Position numbers and translations under genes: made by a program. A stretch of DNA of 64,000 nucleotides. Origin: a virus. Under the pieces are notes generated by a model. It saw only the letters and a list, made by a program, of their open reading frames with translations, did no database searches and was not told the DNA's origin. Shown here in pieces: positions 10,199 through 18,103 of this stretch (its first letter is position 1; every line of letters begins with the position of its first letter). The DNA lies in the IMG/VR virus record IMGVR_UViG_3300048136_000205, positions 2,287 through 66,286 of that record, one strand, 5' to 3'.

Positions 10199-10215
10199 AC
10201 TTTTGAGAGAAAATT

Positions 10216-10428
10216 ATGAGATTTCTTGTTTTTGCAGTATTGACATTAGTAGTGGGTTGTAGTATCATTGTTGCCAATGAAGACGAAAGAATATGTCTAG
10301 ATTGGAAATCTAGGGTGATAGTTCAAGAAAGATGTATACCTTATTATGGCACGATAATGTGTGCTGACGAAGAAAAAGTTCAAACGTGGTGTGTTCTCTA
10401 TGAAGAGACACCAAAAGAAGAGGAATGA
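10216..10428 (+). CDS. Small Cys-rich lipoprotein
   Basis: Lipobox VVGC, four further Cys. Confidence 0.65.
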   Translation: MRFLVFAVLTLVVGCSIIVANEDERICLDWKSRVIVQERCIPYYGTIMCADEEKVQTWCVLYEETPKEEE

Positions 10429-10429
10429 T

Positions 10430-10627
10430 ATGCGAGGAAAGCATGCAGTGAAGCACCGACGTGAAGGTGCACTTGAACGTCTTCAGTCGTCAAAGTTCTT
10501 TGAAAAGAACGGACGTACCGAAGCACAGTGGCAGAAACGTAAGGACAAGGAGATCGAGATTCTCGAAACTTCCCTTGGGTTACGACAACCCACTAAAGTG
10601 AAAAGAGAGGAAATAACTCTCGATTAA
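10430..10627 (+). CDS. Hypothetical basic protein
   Basis: MRGKHAVKHRREGALERL; GAGG RBS. Confidence 0.65.
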   Translation: MRGKHAVKHRREGALERLQSSKFFEKNGRTEAQWQKRKDKEIEILETSLGLRQPTKVKREEITLD

Positions 10628-10639
10628 CGTTACACTCCA

Positions 10640-10708
10640 TAGTCCTGAGATGACTGTAAACTCACTCTGGTCGTTACGCCCGTCACCTGAGTATGTGAAA
10701 AACTGCTC
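10640..10708 (+). ncRNA. Tandem small H-type pseudoknot-like elements
   Basis: AGTC-CTGAGAT-GACT-GTAAA-CTCA and TCAC-CTGAGTAT-GTGA-AAAAC-TGCTC; each loop GAG pairs downstream CTC. Confidence 0.5.
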
Positions 10709-10727
10709 TACTAATTGAGGAACTGTT

Positions 10728-10889
10728 ATGATACATGAGTGGAAGATTTTTTACAAAGGTATGCAAGTAGGTCTCACCTATTCATTGACAGAATACGGTG
10801 CGAGAGAACGGTGGTACAATACTCACAGTGGAAGTGCAAGTAAGTATTCCGGACTTTTGTTTGATGATATCTTCGCAAAGAAGGCATGA
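10728..10889 (+). CDS. Small hypothetical protein (not in ORF track)
   Basis: GAGGA RBS; MIHEWKIFYKG... Confidence 0.55.
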   Translation: MIHEWKIFYKGMQVGLTYSLTEYGARERWYNTHSGSASKYSGLLFDDIFAKKA

Positions 10890-11045
10890 CAGGTCTTTGG
10901 AAGATTTATATTAACGGGGAGTTTTTAGGTCTAATATCTGCTTCTACCCGAGTTGAAGCATGTGAAAAATATTGCGAGATCTTTGGCATCCCAACTAACC
11001 TTACACATACTGGGTATGTGGAAATTGTAGCAGAGAGGTTTATGT

Positions 11046-11297
11046 ATGAGTTATAAAATGCCAAGAGCAGATGAGATGGCAAAGGTGGTGCAAGACTCAC
11101 TGCAGACATATCTCGAATGGCATATATGCGAAACGTATGGTGTCCTTCGAGTCGAAGATCTGTCTATTGCTGAAGCTCAAGAATTGATGTCAGAATATTT
11201 CAATCAGAAGAGCATGGATCTTAATTCCATGATGGCAGTCATTCTCCGTAATATCATACGGTCGTGGGAGTTAGCAAACGGAAAGGGGATTTTATAA
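11046..11297 (+). CDS. Hypothetical protein
   Basis: 83-aa ORF, GAGG RBS. Confidence 0.55.
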   Translation: MSYKMPRADEMAKVVQDSLQTYLEWHICETYGVLRVEDLSIAEAQELMSEYFNQKSMDLNSMMAVILRNIIRSWELANGKGIL

Positions 11298-11665
11298 TGA
11301 CAAGGTTCTTTGACCTGTTTGAAAAACTGATTCTGAGTGTGATCGTTTTTGCAACGGTGTTTGCTGTTGGTGAAGAGATTCACACTTTGATTCTTTCACG
11401 GACAGTCGCACTAACTGATCTCCTGCTGCTATTCATCTACGCAGAGGTTGTCGGCATGGTTGCGATCTTCTATCGAAGTCACCGTATTCCAGCAACTCTA
11501 CCTATCATTATTGCGACTACTGCACTGAGTCGTATGATCATCTTGCAGAGTAAAGAGTTTGATCCTTCGATTATCCTTTTCGAAGCAGGTGGTATTGTTC
11601 TACTAAGTATAGGTGCATTCATCATGACATATCGCAATCGGTATATCAGTGAAGATGAACTATAG
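11297..11665 (+). CDS. psiE: Phosphate-starvation-inducible PsiE family membrane protein
   Basis: Four TM; DLLLLFIYAEVVGMV, RIP, IIATTALSRMII. Confidence 0.85.
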   Translation: MTRFFDLFEKLILSVIVFATVFAVGEEIHTLILSRTVALTDLLLLFIYAEVVGMVAIFYRSHRIPATLPIIIATTALSRMIILQSKEFDPSIILFEAGGIVLLSIGAFIMTYRNRYISEDEL

Positions 11666-11668
11666 GGT

Positions 11669-11770
11669 CTGATTCCCCTATACAAATAACTGAATCAGTG
11701 GTGCCCAGAAGAGCAGAGAGTCTCGTTCCTCTCTCAAATCAACGAACGAGTGGTACCGGAGGCTGGAGAG
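11669..11770 (+). ncRNA. Structured intergenic RNA upstream of tRNA-Gln
   Basis: CTGATTC/GAATCAG, GGTGCC/GGTACC and CTCGTTC/GAACGAG helices; CTCTC loop complementary to GAGAG. Confidence 0.45.
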
Positions 11771-11778
11771 TTTTTTTT

Positions 11779-11853
11779 TGGGGTGTCGCCAAGTGGCAAG
11801 GCAGTGGGTTTTGATCCCACCATTCGGTGGTTCGAATCCATCCACCCCAGCCA
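11779..11853 (+). tRNA. tRNA-Gln (TTG)
   Basis: U1-A72, GTGGG-TTTTGAT-CCCAC, G73, CCA. Confidence 0.96.
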
Positions 11854-11869
11854 TATAATGAGGAATAGT

Positions 11870-12118
11870 ATGAGTTTTATTCGAGAGTTAGAAAGAATGC
11901 AACAGAGTATCAAAGAGTTGAATCAAACTTTTGAGGCACTGCAAAAACAGGTTGAACGGTATCAGAACACACGAGGTGAACCGGAGTATCCTAACGAGTT
12001 GCGTGAACCAGACACTGTAGATCTTGCAGATTCACATCCAAGACGATCGATTGATGAAATATCTCCACAATTGTGGGATGCTGTATCAAAGAGGTTCTAC
12101 AGAGAACCCAAGTCATAG
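11870..12118 (+). CDS. Hypothetical coiled-coil protein
   Basis: GAGGA RBS; MSFIRELERMQQSIKEL. Confidence 0.65.
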   Translation: MSFIRELERMQQSIKELNQTFEALQKQVERYQNTRGEPEYPNELREPDTVDLADSHPRRSIDEISPQLWDAVSKRFYREPKS

Positions 12119-12123
12119 AATTA

Positions 12124-12211
12124 GGTGGGCTGGCTGAGTGGTCGAAAGCGGCGGTCTTGAAAACCGTTGAACCGAGAGGTTCCGTAGGTTCGAATCCTAC
12201 GCCCACCGCCA
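12124..12211 (+). tRNA. tRNA-Ser (anticodon TGA)
   Basis: Long variable arm, GCGGT-CTTGAAA-ACCGT, G73, CCA. Confidence 0.96.
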
Positions 12212-12217
12212 TTTTTG

Positions 12218-12225
12218 TATAAATA
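12218..12225 (+). promoter_or_regulatory. T4-type late promoter
   Basis: TATAAATA. Confidence 0.8.
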
Positions 12226-12256
12226 AATACATCTATCATCAACTGACTGTATTACA

Positions 12257-12937
12257 ATGAAATCTTTCAAAATATTCTTAGACGAAGGTGTCAACGATCC
12301 AGCAATCTTCAAGGCGATCTTCCTTGCAGGTGGACCGGGATCTGGTAAGTCATTCATCGTCGGCAAAACTGGTTTGACCTCTATGGGTTATAAGGTCGTC
12401 AACTCTGACGATGCATTCGAAGCTGCCATGAAGAAGGCCGGTATGGAGATGGACCCAGAGAACATCTTCTCGGTGAAGGGTCAGGAAATCCGTGGTAAGG
12501 CAAAGGCACTTACAGGTAAACGACAGGCACGTTACATCGAAGGTCGTTTAGGTCTAGTCATTGATGGTACAGGTAAAGACCCAGACAAGATTGTGACTCA
12601 AGCAAGACAACTAATCAAGTTGGGTTATGATGTCGCAATGGTTTTTGTGAACACTGATCTTGACACTGCGATCAAACGTGATGCCGCTCGTAAGAGAACT
12701 ATCGGTGAAGTAGAAGCAACTAAGTATTGGAAAGAAGTGCAACGCAATATCGGTCGTTACCAACAGTTGTTTGGTAAGAACAATTTCCTAGTAGTCGATA
12801 ACTCAGAAGGTAAGGACTACCAAGCAGAGACCCTACGTGCATACCGTGATGCGACAAAATTCACTAACAAGACACCAGACAATCCGAAAGCAAAAAAGTG
12901 GATTGCGGACGAAAAAGCAAAAGCAAAAAGGTCTTGA
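12257..12937 (+). CDS. P-loop kinase (zeta toxin/AAA_33/PNK-kinase-like) with capsid-targeting-like N-terminus
   Basis: GGPGSGKS, VNSDD, LVIDGT, RxxxR lid; N-terminus MKSFKIFLDE. Confidence 0.85.
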   Translation: MKSFKIFLDEGVNDPAIFKAIFLAGGPGSGKSFIVGKTGLTSMGYKVVNSDDAFEAAMKKAGMEMDPENIFSVKGQEIRGKAKALTGKRQARYIEGRLGLVIDGTGKDPDKIVTQARQLIKLGYDVAMVFVNTDLDTAIKRDAARKRTIGEVEATKYWKEVQRNIGRYQQLFGKNNFLVVDNSEGKDYQAETLRAYRDATKFTNKTPDNPKAKKWIADEKAKAKRS

Positions 12938-12962
12938 CACACCCCTCATAATATAGTATAAT
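12934..12962 (+). promoter_or_regulatory. Sigma70-like early promoter
   Basis: TTGACA-N17-TATAAT. Confidence 0.8.
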
Positions 12963-13006
12963 TCTTCTCGAAACTTGAAATAGAGTAATGAGAGGAATCT
13001 TATATT

Positions 13007-14425
13007 ATGCAACGTCTACTAACAGTAGCAGTAACCAGTGCACTTATCAGTGCATGTTCCGGTGGTGGCACTGACGCCCCATCTTCCGTCGTGGCAGACC
13101 CCGTCACAACACCCCCAACCGTAACCCCTGTTGATCCAGCAGTCGAGGCACGTGACAATCTACTCACGTTACTTGACTCTACGTCACCGACAGGTACTTA
13201 CGAGGCATACATCCTACCCGCAAGTGATGACTTCGACAACATCCCGCAAGATCCCAGCAATGAGATCACCGCAGAGAAGGTCGCATTAGGCAAGTTGATT
13301 TATCACGAGACAGGAATCACGGAAGGTGACATCGAATCTAGTGAAGGTACTTTCTCGTGTGCGTCATGTCACAATGCACAGAACGGATTCAAGTCTGGTA
13401 TTCGTCAGGGTATCGGTGAAGGTGGTGTCGGTTTTGATCATCGCATGATCGCTGAAGGTATTAACCCTGAAGACATCGATGTACAACCTGTTGCAACACC
13501 CACTGTACTCAACACGGCATTCCAAGAAGTGATGTTGTGGAATGGTCAGTTAGGTAATGTGATTGCGGGTAATGTCAATGTTGGTATTGATCCCGATCGT
13601 CACTTCACAGAAGGTACTCCGAAAGAAGCAAACCTACGCAACTTTGCTGGTCTAGAGACACAAGCAGTTGCGGGTCTAGGTGTGCATCGTCAGGGGGACA
13701 CAGATGATTCTATCCTGCGCACTAACGAAACTTATCGTGAGATGTTTGAAGCTGCGTACGGTGTCGCAGAACCCGACGATATGTTAGAGGCAACTGCACT
13801 GGCAATTGCCGCATACGAACGCACGATTCTTGCAAACCAAGCACCCTTCCAAGCATACTTGAAAGGTGACGAAACTGCGATGACTGAATCTGAAGTCTCT
13901 GGTGCAGAAGTGTTCTTTGGTAAGGGTAACTGTTATGCGTGTCATAACGGACCTGCGTTGTCATCTCCCGTTGGTGCGATGGCAGACGAAGTGTTTATGA
14001 CTGTCGGTTTCCACGATTTAGATATCTGGGAAGAAACAGTCGGTGAAGTCAACGATGCGACTAGAGAGGGTCGTGGTGGATTCACTGGTGATGAGATGGA
14101 ACGATTTGCATTTAAAGTTCCACCACTTTATAATCTTATAGATACTACTGTATTCGGTCACGGTGCGTCATTCTCTAGTGTAGAGGATGTCGTACGATAC
14201 AAGGTGGATGCGGTTCCACAACACCCACAAGTGGAAACGTATAACCTTGACTATCGGTTCACTCCGTTAGACTTGACCGAAGATGAGATCACAAATCTTG
14301 TTGCTTTCCTTGAGAACAGTTTGTATGATCCAGAGTTGATGCGATATGTGCCAGAGTCGTTACCAAGTGGCAACTGTCCTGTCAACAATGATGAAGTGTC
14401 ACGCCAAGAACTTGGGTGTGACTAA
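13007..14425 (+). CDS. Di-heme cytochrome c peroxidase (CCP/MauG family) lipoprotein
   Basis: Lipobox LISAC; LGKLIYHE; CASCH and CYACH heme motifs; TPTVLN, LWNG, FKVPPLYN, FGHGA. Confidence 0.9.
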   Translation: MQRLLTVAVTSALISACSGGGTDAPSSVVADPVTTPPTVTPVDPAVEARDNLLTLLDSTSPTGTYEAYILPASDDFDNIPQDPSNEITAEKVALGKLIYHETGITEGDIESSEGTFSCASCHNAQNGFKSGIRQGIGEGGVGFDHRMIAEGINPEDIDVQPVATPTVLNTAFQEVMLWNGQLGNVIAGNVNVGIDPDRHFTEGTPKEANLRNFAGLETQAVAGLGVHRQGDTDDSILRTNETYREMFEAAYGVAEPDDMLEATALAIAAYERTILANQAPFQAYLKGDETAMTESEVSGAEVFFGKGNCYACHNGPALSSPVGAMADEVFMTVGFHDLDIWEETVGEVNDATREGRGGFTGDEMERFAFKVPPLYNLIDTTVFGHGASFSSVEDVVRYKVDAVPQHPQVETYNLDYRFTPLDLTEDEITNLVAFLENSLYDPELMRYVPESLPSGNCPVNNDEVSRQELGCD

Positions 14426-14427
14426 AG

Positions 14428-14435
14428 TATAAATA
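14428..14435 (+). promoter_or_regulatory. T4-type late promoter upstream of tRNA-Ala and a long hairpin RNA
   Basis: TATAAATA. Confidence 0.75.
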
Positions 14436-14444
14436 CTCGATATG

Positions 14445-14520
14445 GGGGCGGTAGCTCAGTAGGGAGAGCGTCTGGTTTGCATCCAGAAGGTCGTGGGTTC
14501 GATTCCCTCTCGCTCCACCA
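14445..14520 (+). tRNA. tRNA-Ala (TGC)
   Basis: G3:U70 identity pair, TCTGG-TTTGCAT-CCAGA, CCA. Confidence 0.95.
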
Positions 14521-14683
14521 GTTTCCCCATTGATACGGTTGACAAGACACGAAGACCTAGAACTTATTTAATACTGCGATCTCTCAATCCGTGCATGTAG
14601 AAATGCCAAGCAGTAAATAAAGATTCGGCTTCATATACTAAGTGTCGTTCTATGTCCCGTGTCAATGGGGATTCTTTTTTTTT
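14521..14683 (+). ncRNA. About 155-nt rod-shaped ncRNA with internal bubbles (6S-RNA-like shape), ending in a T tract
   Basis: 15-bp closing stem 14524-14538/14657-14671; inner GACAC/GTGTC, GAAG/CTTC, TACTGC/GCAGTA; T9. Confidence 0.6.
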
Positions 14684-14689
14684 AGGGGG

Positions 14690-14719
14690 TTGACAAACCC
14701 CATTATATTATGGTAATAT
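14690..14719 (+). promoter_or_regulatory. Sigma70-like promoter; exonuclease mRNA possibly leaderless
   Basis: TTGACA-N18-TAATAT with TG; ATG at 14726, no SD. Confidence 0.6.
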
Positions 14720-14725
14720 TGTCTT

Positions 14726-15385
14726 ATGTTTGAACATGTACCTGTGAATTTATTGGAGATGAACACTGTCACTGAAAGCAGTGGTCGTCATTATCAAACC
14801 CCTGAAGGTGCTAGTCTGCCCTCTATCACGACAGTGTTGTCTATACTGTCTCGTGATTCAATTGCCGCATGGAGAAAACGAGTCGGTAATGAAGAGGCAA
14901 ATCGCATCTCTCATCGTGCTTCGTCTCGTGGTACTAGAGTCCATGAGATTATAGAGAAGTACATTAACAATGAAGAGAATTTTAGAGATGGATATACTCC
15001 AGATATTATCAGTAGCTTTGCTGATCTTAAGCCCATTCTTGATACTCGTATTGGCAGAGTTTATGCACAAGAGGCCCCTCTCTATTCGACGCATTTGGGA
15101 GTTGCTGGTCGCGTCGATTGTGTTGCTGAGTTTGACGGTAGGGTCTCTATTATTGATTTTAAAACTTCAATGAAACCAAAACGATTGGATTGGATCAAAA
15201 ATTACTTTATGCAGGAGTCGGCATATGCTATAATGTGGGAAGAACGAACTGGGCAACCCATCACACAATTAGTAACCATTATTTCGGTAGATAATCATGA
15301 ACCACAAATCTTCATTGAACATAGAGACAATTGGGTCCGACCTTTACGAGAGACCATACAACAATACAATGCCGAACAACTCTGA
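14726..15385 (+). CDS. PD-(D/E)XK exonuclease (Cas4/RecB-like phage exonuclease)
   Basis: PSITTVL, RGTRVH, AGRVDC, IIDFKTS, Q..AYA. Confidence 0.9.
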   Translation: MFEHVPVNLLEMNTVTESSGRHYQTPEGASLPSITTVLSILSRDSIAAWRKRVGNEEANRISHRASSRGTRVHEIIEKYINNEENFRDGYTPDIISSFADLKPILDTRIGRVYAQEAPLYSTHLGVAGRVDCVAEFDGRVSIIDFKTSMKPKRLDWIKNYFMQESAYAIMWEERTGQPITQLVTIISVDNHEPQIFIEHRDNWVRPLRETIQQYNAEQL

Positions 15386-16637
15386 TATAGATCAGATAAT
15401 TCACGAAGCATCTCAGAACGAATACAATATACCAATCTTCAAGTTTGATGATTGGCAAGCTCTTCAAAAGCAATTTGCGTTTGGTGATGAGAGACATCCT
15501 GGTTTCAACACCATTTTCCCCGCAATCCGTGATTATATCAACACGCATAAACCACCGATTCCGATCAAGAGACCTACCACTGAAGAAATGGTAAAGGCAT
15601 TCAATGGTCTGTCCGCATCTGATACTAACAAAGCAATACAAACGGACTTTGAGAAAGGGTCTGTCCGTAATAAGTTTGATGAGGTCGTTGACGTTGAGTA
15701 TATGGTTGCGGCATCTCATGTGTGGAATAATGTCAGTAATCATTTCCATTGCGACAATCGTTACACGTGTGGATGGCACTCCAAGAGATCTAATGCAGAG
15801 ATATGGGAAGATCCCATGAGTAAGGACTTCAGGTCTCTGATTATGTATTTCTGGAGAACGTATAAAAATGCAAACTATGATATTGATGAAGACAAGTATC
15901 GTGGTGCATTCCGACTTGCTGGATACGTAGCAACTCAATTCAAACCACTTGTTGCTAAAACAATCTATGAGAAGCACAATGCCGCACGAGTTGTAGACAT
16001 TTCTTGTGGATGGGGTGACCGTCTTGCTGGATTCTATACCTCATCATGCACCGAAGACTTCTTAGGTTGTGACCCCAACCCACAGTCGTATGAGATCTAC
16101 AAACAGCAGTGTCTTGCCTATGAAGATCTTCTACAGTCTCCCTTGTTCCCTGTCGATGTCACTTTCGAAGATCATGGTGATTGGTTTGAGGTGAAGGGAA
16201 ACAAACGGGTACGCATCTATAACTCACCGGCCGAAGATATGGACTGGGATAGCATCGTTGAAGATCGATACGATCTCATGTTCACGTCTCCACCATATTT
16301 CGGAATTGAACGATATGCTGCAGGACAAGACGGAGAAGAGAATCAGTCTTGGAAACGGTATGGTGAATATGAGATGTGGAGAGAATCTTTTTACTTCCCA
16401 GTACTTGACAGTCTGCTAACCTTCTGTGATACTGTCCTCGTCAATATAGTTGACCCTGTAATCAAGAACAGACGATACAGGTTAGAGGATGATATGAGAG
16501 AAAGGTACGACATTCCTAGAATGTATGGCATGAAGATGAGCAGACGGCCGTCAGGTGTAAAGGATCAACAGCACGGCATCGTCGATAACATGAAACTCAA
16601 CTTTGTGGAACCTATCTATGAAATATCATATAAATAG
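15369..16637 (+). CDS. DNA amino-methyltransferase (m4C/m6A type)
   Basis: VDISCGWGDRL SAM motif, GCDPN, catalytic FTSPPYF. Confidence 0.85.
   Translation: MPNNSDIDQIIHEASQNEYNIPIFKFDDWQALQKQFAFGDERHPGFNTIFPAIRDYINTHKPPIPIKRPTTEEMVKAFNGLSASDTNKAIQTDFEKGSVRNKFDEVVDVEYMVAASHVWNNVSNHFHCDNRYTCGWHSKRSNAEIWEDPMSKDFRSLIMYFWRTYKNANYDIDEDKYRGAFRLAGYVATQFKPLVAKTIYEKHNAARVVDISCGWGDRLAGFYTSSCTEDFLGCDPNPQSYEIYKQQCLAYEDLLQSPLFPVDVTFEDHGDWFEVKGNKRVRIYNSPAEDMDWDSIVEDRYDLMFTSPPYFGIERYAAGQDGEENQSWKRYGEYEMWRESFYFPVLDSLLTFCDTVLVNIVDPVIKNRRYRLEDDMRERYDIPRMYGMKMSRRPSGVKDQQHGIVDNMKLNFVEPIYEISYK
16629..16636 (+). promoter_or_regulatory. T4-type late promoter
   Basis: TATAAATA. Confidence 0.8.
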
Positions 16638-16663
16638 TACTATCCAGCATAAGGTGAGTGAAA

Positions 16664-18103
16664 ATGCAAAAAAAATTTAGGCAATTTATATCTGAAGGAT
16701 ATGATTTTGGTGTTAAGGACGAAAAGGATCTTGACGGGTTCGATGCGGCTATCGGAAATGACAAAGCACTTAAATTATTCAACCATCTCAAGAAAGAATA
16801 CCCTAACGTAGAATATCCACTTGCACTCAATCGTGGTACGGGGGGTGTTAAGGTTCGAATCAAAGCATTCGATTTGGATCAATACAAAAAAGACAACTTT
16901 GATAAGAATCCACCAGCACGGATGCTTGACTTGGGTCAAGGGTCTATCAATTCATCGGGTGGTGATATCAAGGGAGATGAATGGGAAGTTGTGATCTGTG
17001 TATGCTATAACATGCGATCAAAGGGAGTTGATCTAGAGAAAGCAAAGGAACTTGCTGGAGTCACCGGATCATATAAGAGCAAGATGGACGGAGCACTTGA
17101 AACCGGATTTCAACTTGTTGACAGTGCATTCCGAAGTCCTACCGGAGTCATGGAGCACTTCGGATCAGGTTCGACTAATCTAACCGATGCTTGGGACAAG
17201 TACTTCATTAATACGACAGGCAAGTCTGCACCATCACCTACACGTACACCTAAGACCGATATGTACATCGGTGACCAAAGAATATCCTTGAAAAAGGCAG
17301 GTGGGTCGCAGTTAATGTCTGGTGGTGCGGCAGAGTCTCTGGCAACACTGGCATTTGTTTGGGAAGCACTACCGGATCGAATGAAGACTGCTGAGTTCGA
17401 GAAGACTTGGAGAACACTAGAGGGTGACATCGAAACCAAGTTCACTAAGATTAAATTGCAGAAAGGTCAAAGCACTACTGACATCAAGAGAGACATCAAG
17501 GCCGGTATAAAAAACGAGATCACGAAAGCAGTGGGAGAAACCATTGCAAGTCATACCGGAATGCAAGACGCAGTCCGATCTATTTTCGAGAGCACTGAAG
17601 CAAAGAAGGCACTCGTTAAAGAGTCGATGACCGGACAGAACAAGTTCGATGACCAAAAGGCAGTTGCGTCTCACATTATGGTGTTTGATCCGGATACAGG
17701 CAAGGCATCATACAAACCGATTGACGACAAGTTAATTTCTGTTTATGCTAAAAACGTCAACTTCCAGATCAACTTTAAGAAAGCAGGATCAAGTTCTACA
17801 CCGTACTCCAACATGCGAGTGGGTGTAGGCAAAGGTGCTGACATGCTAAGTGACTCTGTGATGGCAGAATACGATCAACTGGTCACTGAGGCACTAGACG
17901 AAGAAATCCTAGAGTCCAACGTATTACATGAAGGATTAATGGGACGAATCGGAAGAGGTATCAAGAGAGTGTTCTCTTCGGTCGTTAAGAAAATTTGGGC
18001 AAAGGTCAAACGTATCATCTCTAAGAGTTTTAGTGCACTGTCAAGATTGACGGGCATGAGACCTAGAATGAAGAACGATCCTAAAATCACTTGGAGACTG
18101 TAA
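16664..18103 (+). CDS. Putative PD-(D/E)XK endonuclease-like protein with capsid-targeting-like N-terminus
   Basis: GDEWE ... TPKTD ... RISLKK; N-terminus MQKKFRQFISE; cationic amphipathic C-tail. Confidence 0.65.
   Translation: MQKKFRQFISEGYDFGVKDEKDLDGFDAAIGNDKALKLFNHLKKEYPNVEYPLALNRGTGGVKVRIKAFDLDQYKKDNFDKNPPARMLDLGQGSINSSGGDIKGDEWEVVICVCYNMRSKGVDLEKAKELAGVTGSYKSKMDGALETGFQLVDSAFRSPTGVMEHFGSGSTNLTDAWDKYFINTTGKSAPSPTRTPKTDMYIGDQRISLKKAGGSQLMSGGAAESLATLAFVWEALPDRMKTAEFEKTWRTLEGDIETKFTKIKLQKGQSTTDIKRDIKAGIKNEITKAVGETIASHTGMQDAVRSIFESTEAKKALVKESMTGQNKFDDQKAVASHIMVFDPDTGKASYKPIDDKLISVYAKNVNFQINFKKAGSSSTPYSNMRVGVGKGADMLSDSVMAEYDQLVTEALDEEILESNVLHEGLMGRIGRGIKRVFSSVVKKIWAKVKRIISKSFSALSRLTGMRPRMKNDPKITWRL

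Noticed and set aside
11750-11869. N-terminal extension of ORF 11750-12118, and ORFs 10077-10262 and 11991-12366
   Set aside because: They overlap tRNA genes; the real start is at 11870 with a GAGGA RBS.
8966-12211. tRNAs with TAG and TGA at the anticodon as possible stop suppressors or a sign of recoding
   Set aside because: Anticodons UAG and UGA read CUA (Leu) and UCA (Ser). Suppressors would need CTA or TCA. TAG, TGA and TAA all end well-defined genes here.
12257-12937. Zeta toxin as part of an epsilon-zeta toxin-antitoxin pair
   Set aside because: No adjacent antitoxin ORF; flanked by a tRNA, a late promoter and an independent promoter. Substrate is unknown.
14726-15385. Cas4-like nuclease suggesting a CRISPR locus
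   Set aside because: No repeat-spacer array or other cas genes seen; this exonuclease is standard in T4-like phages.
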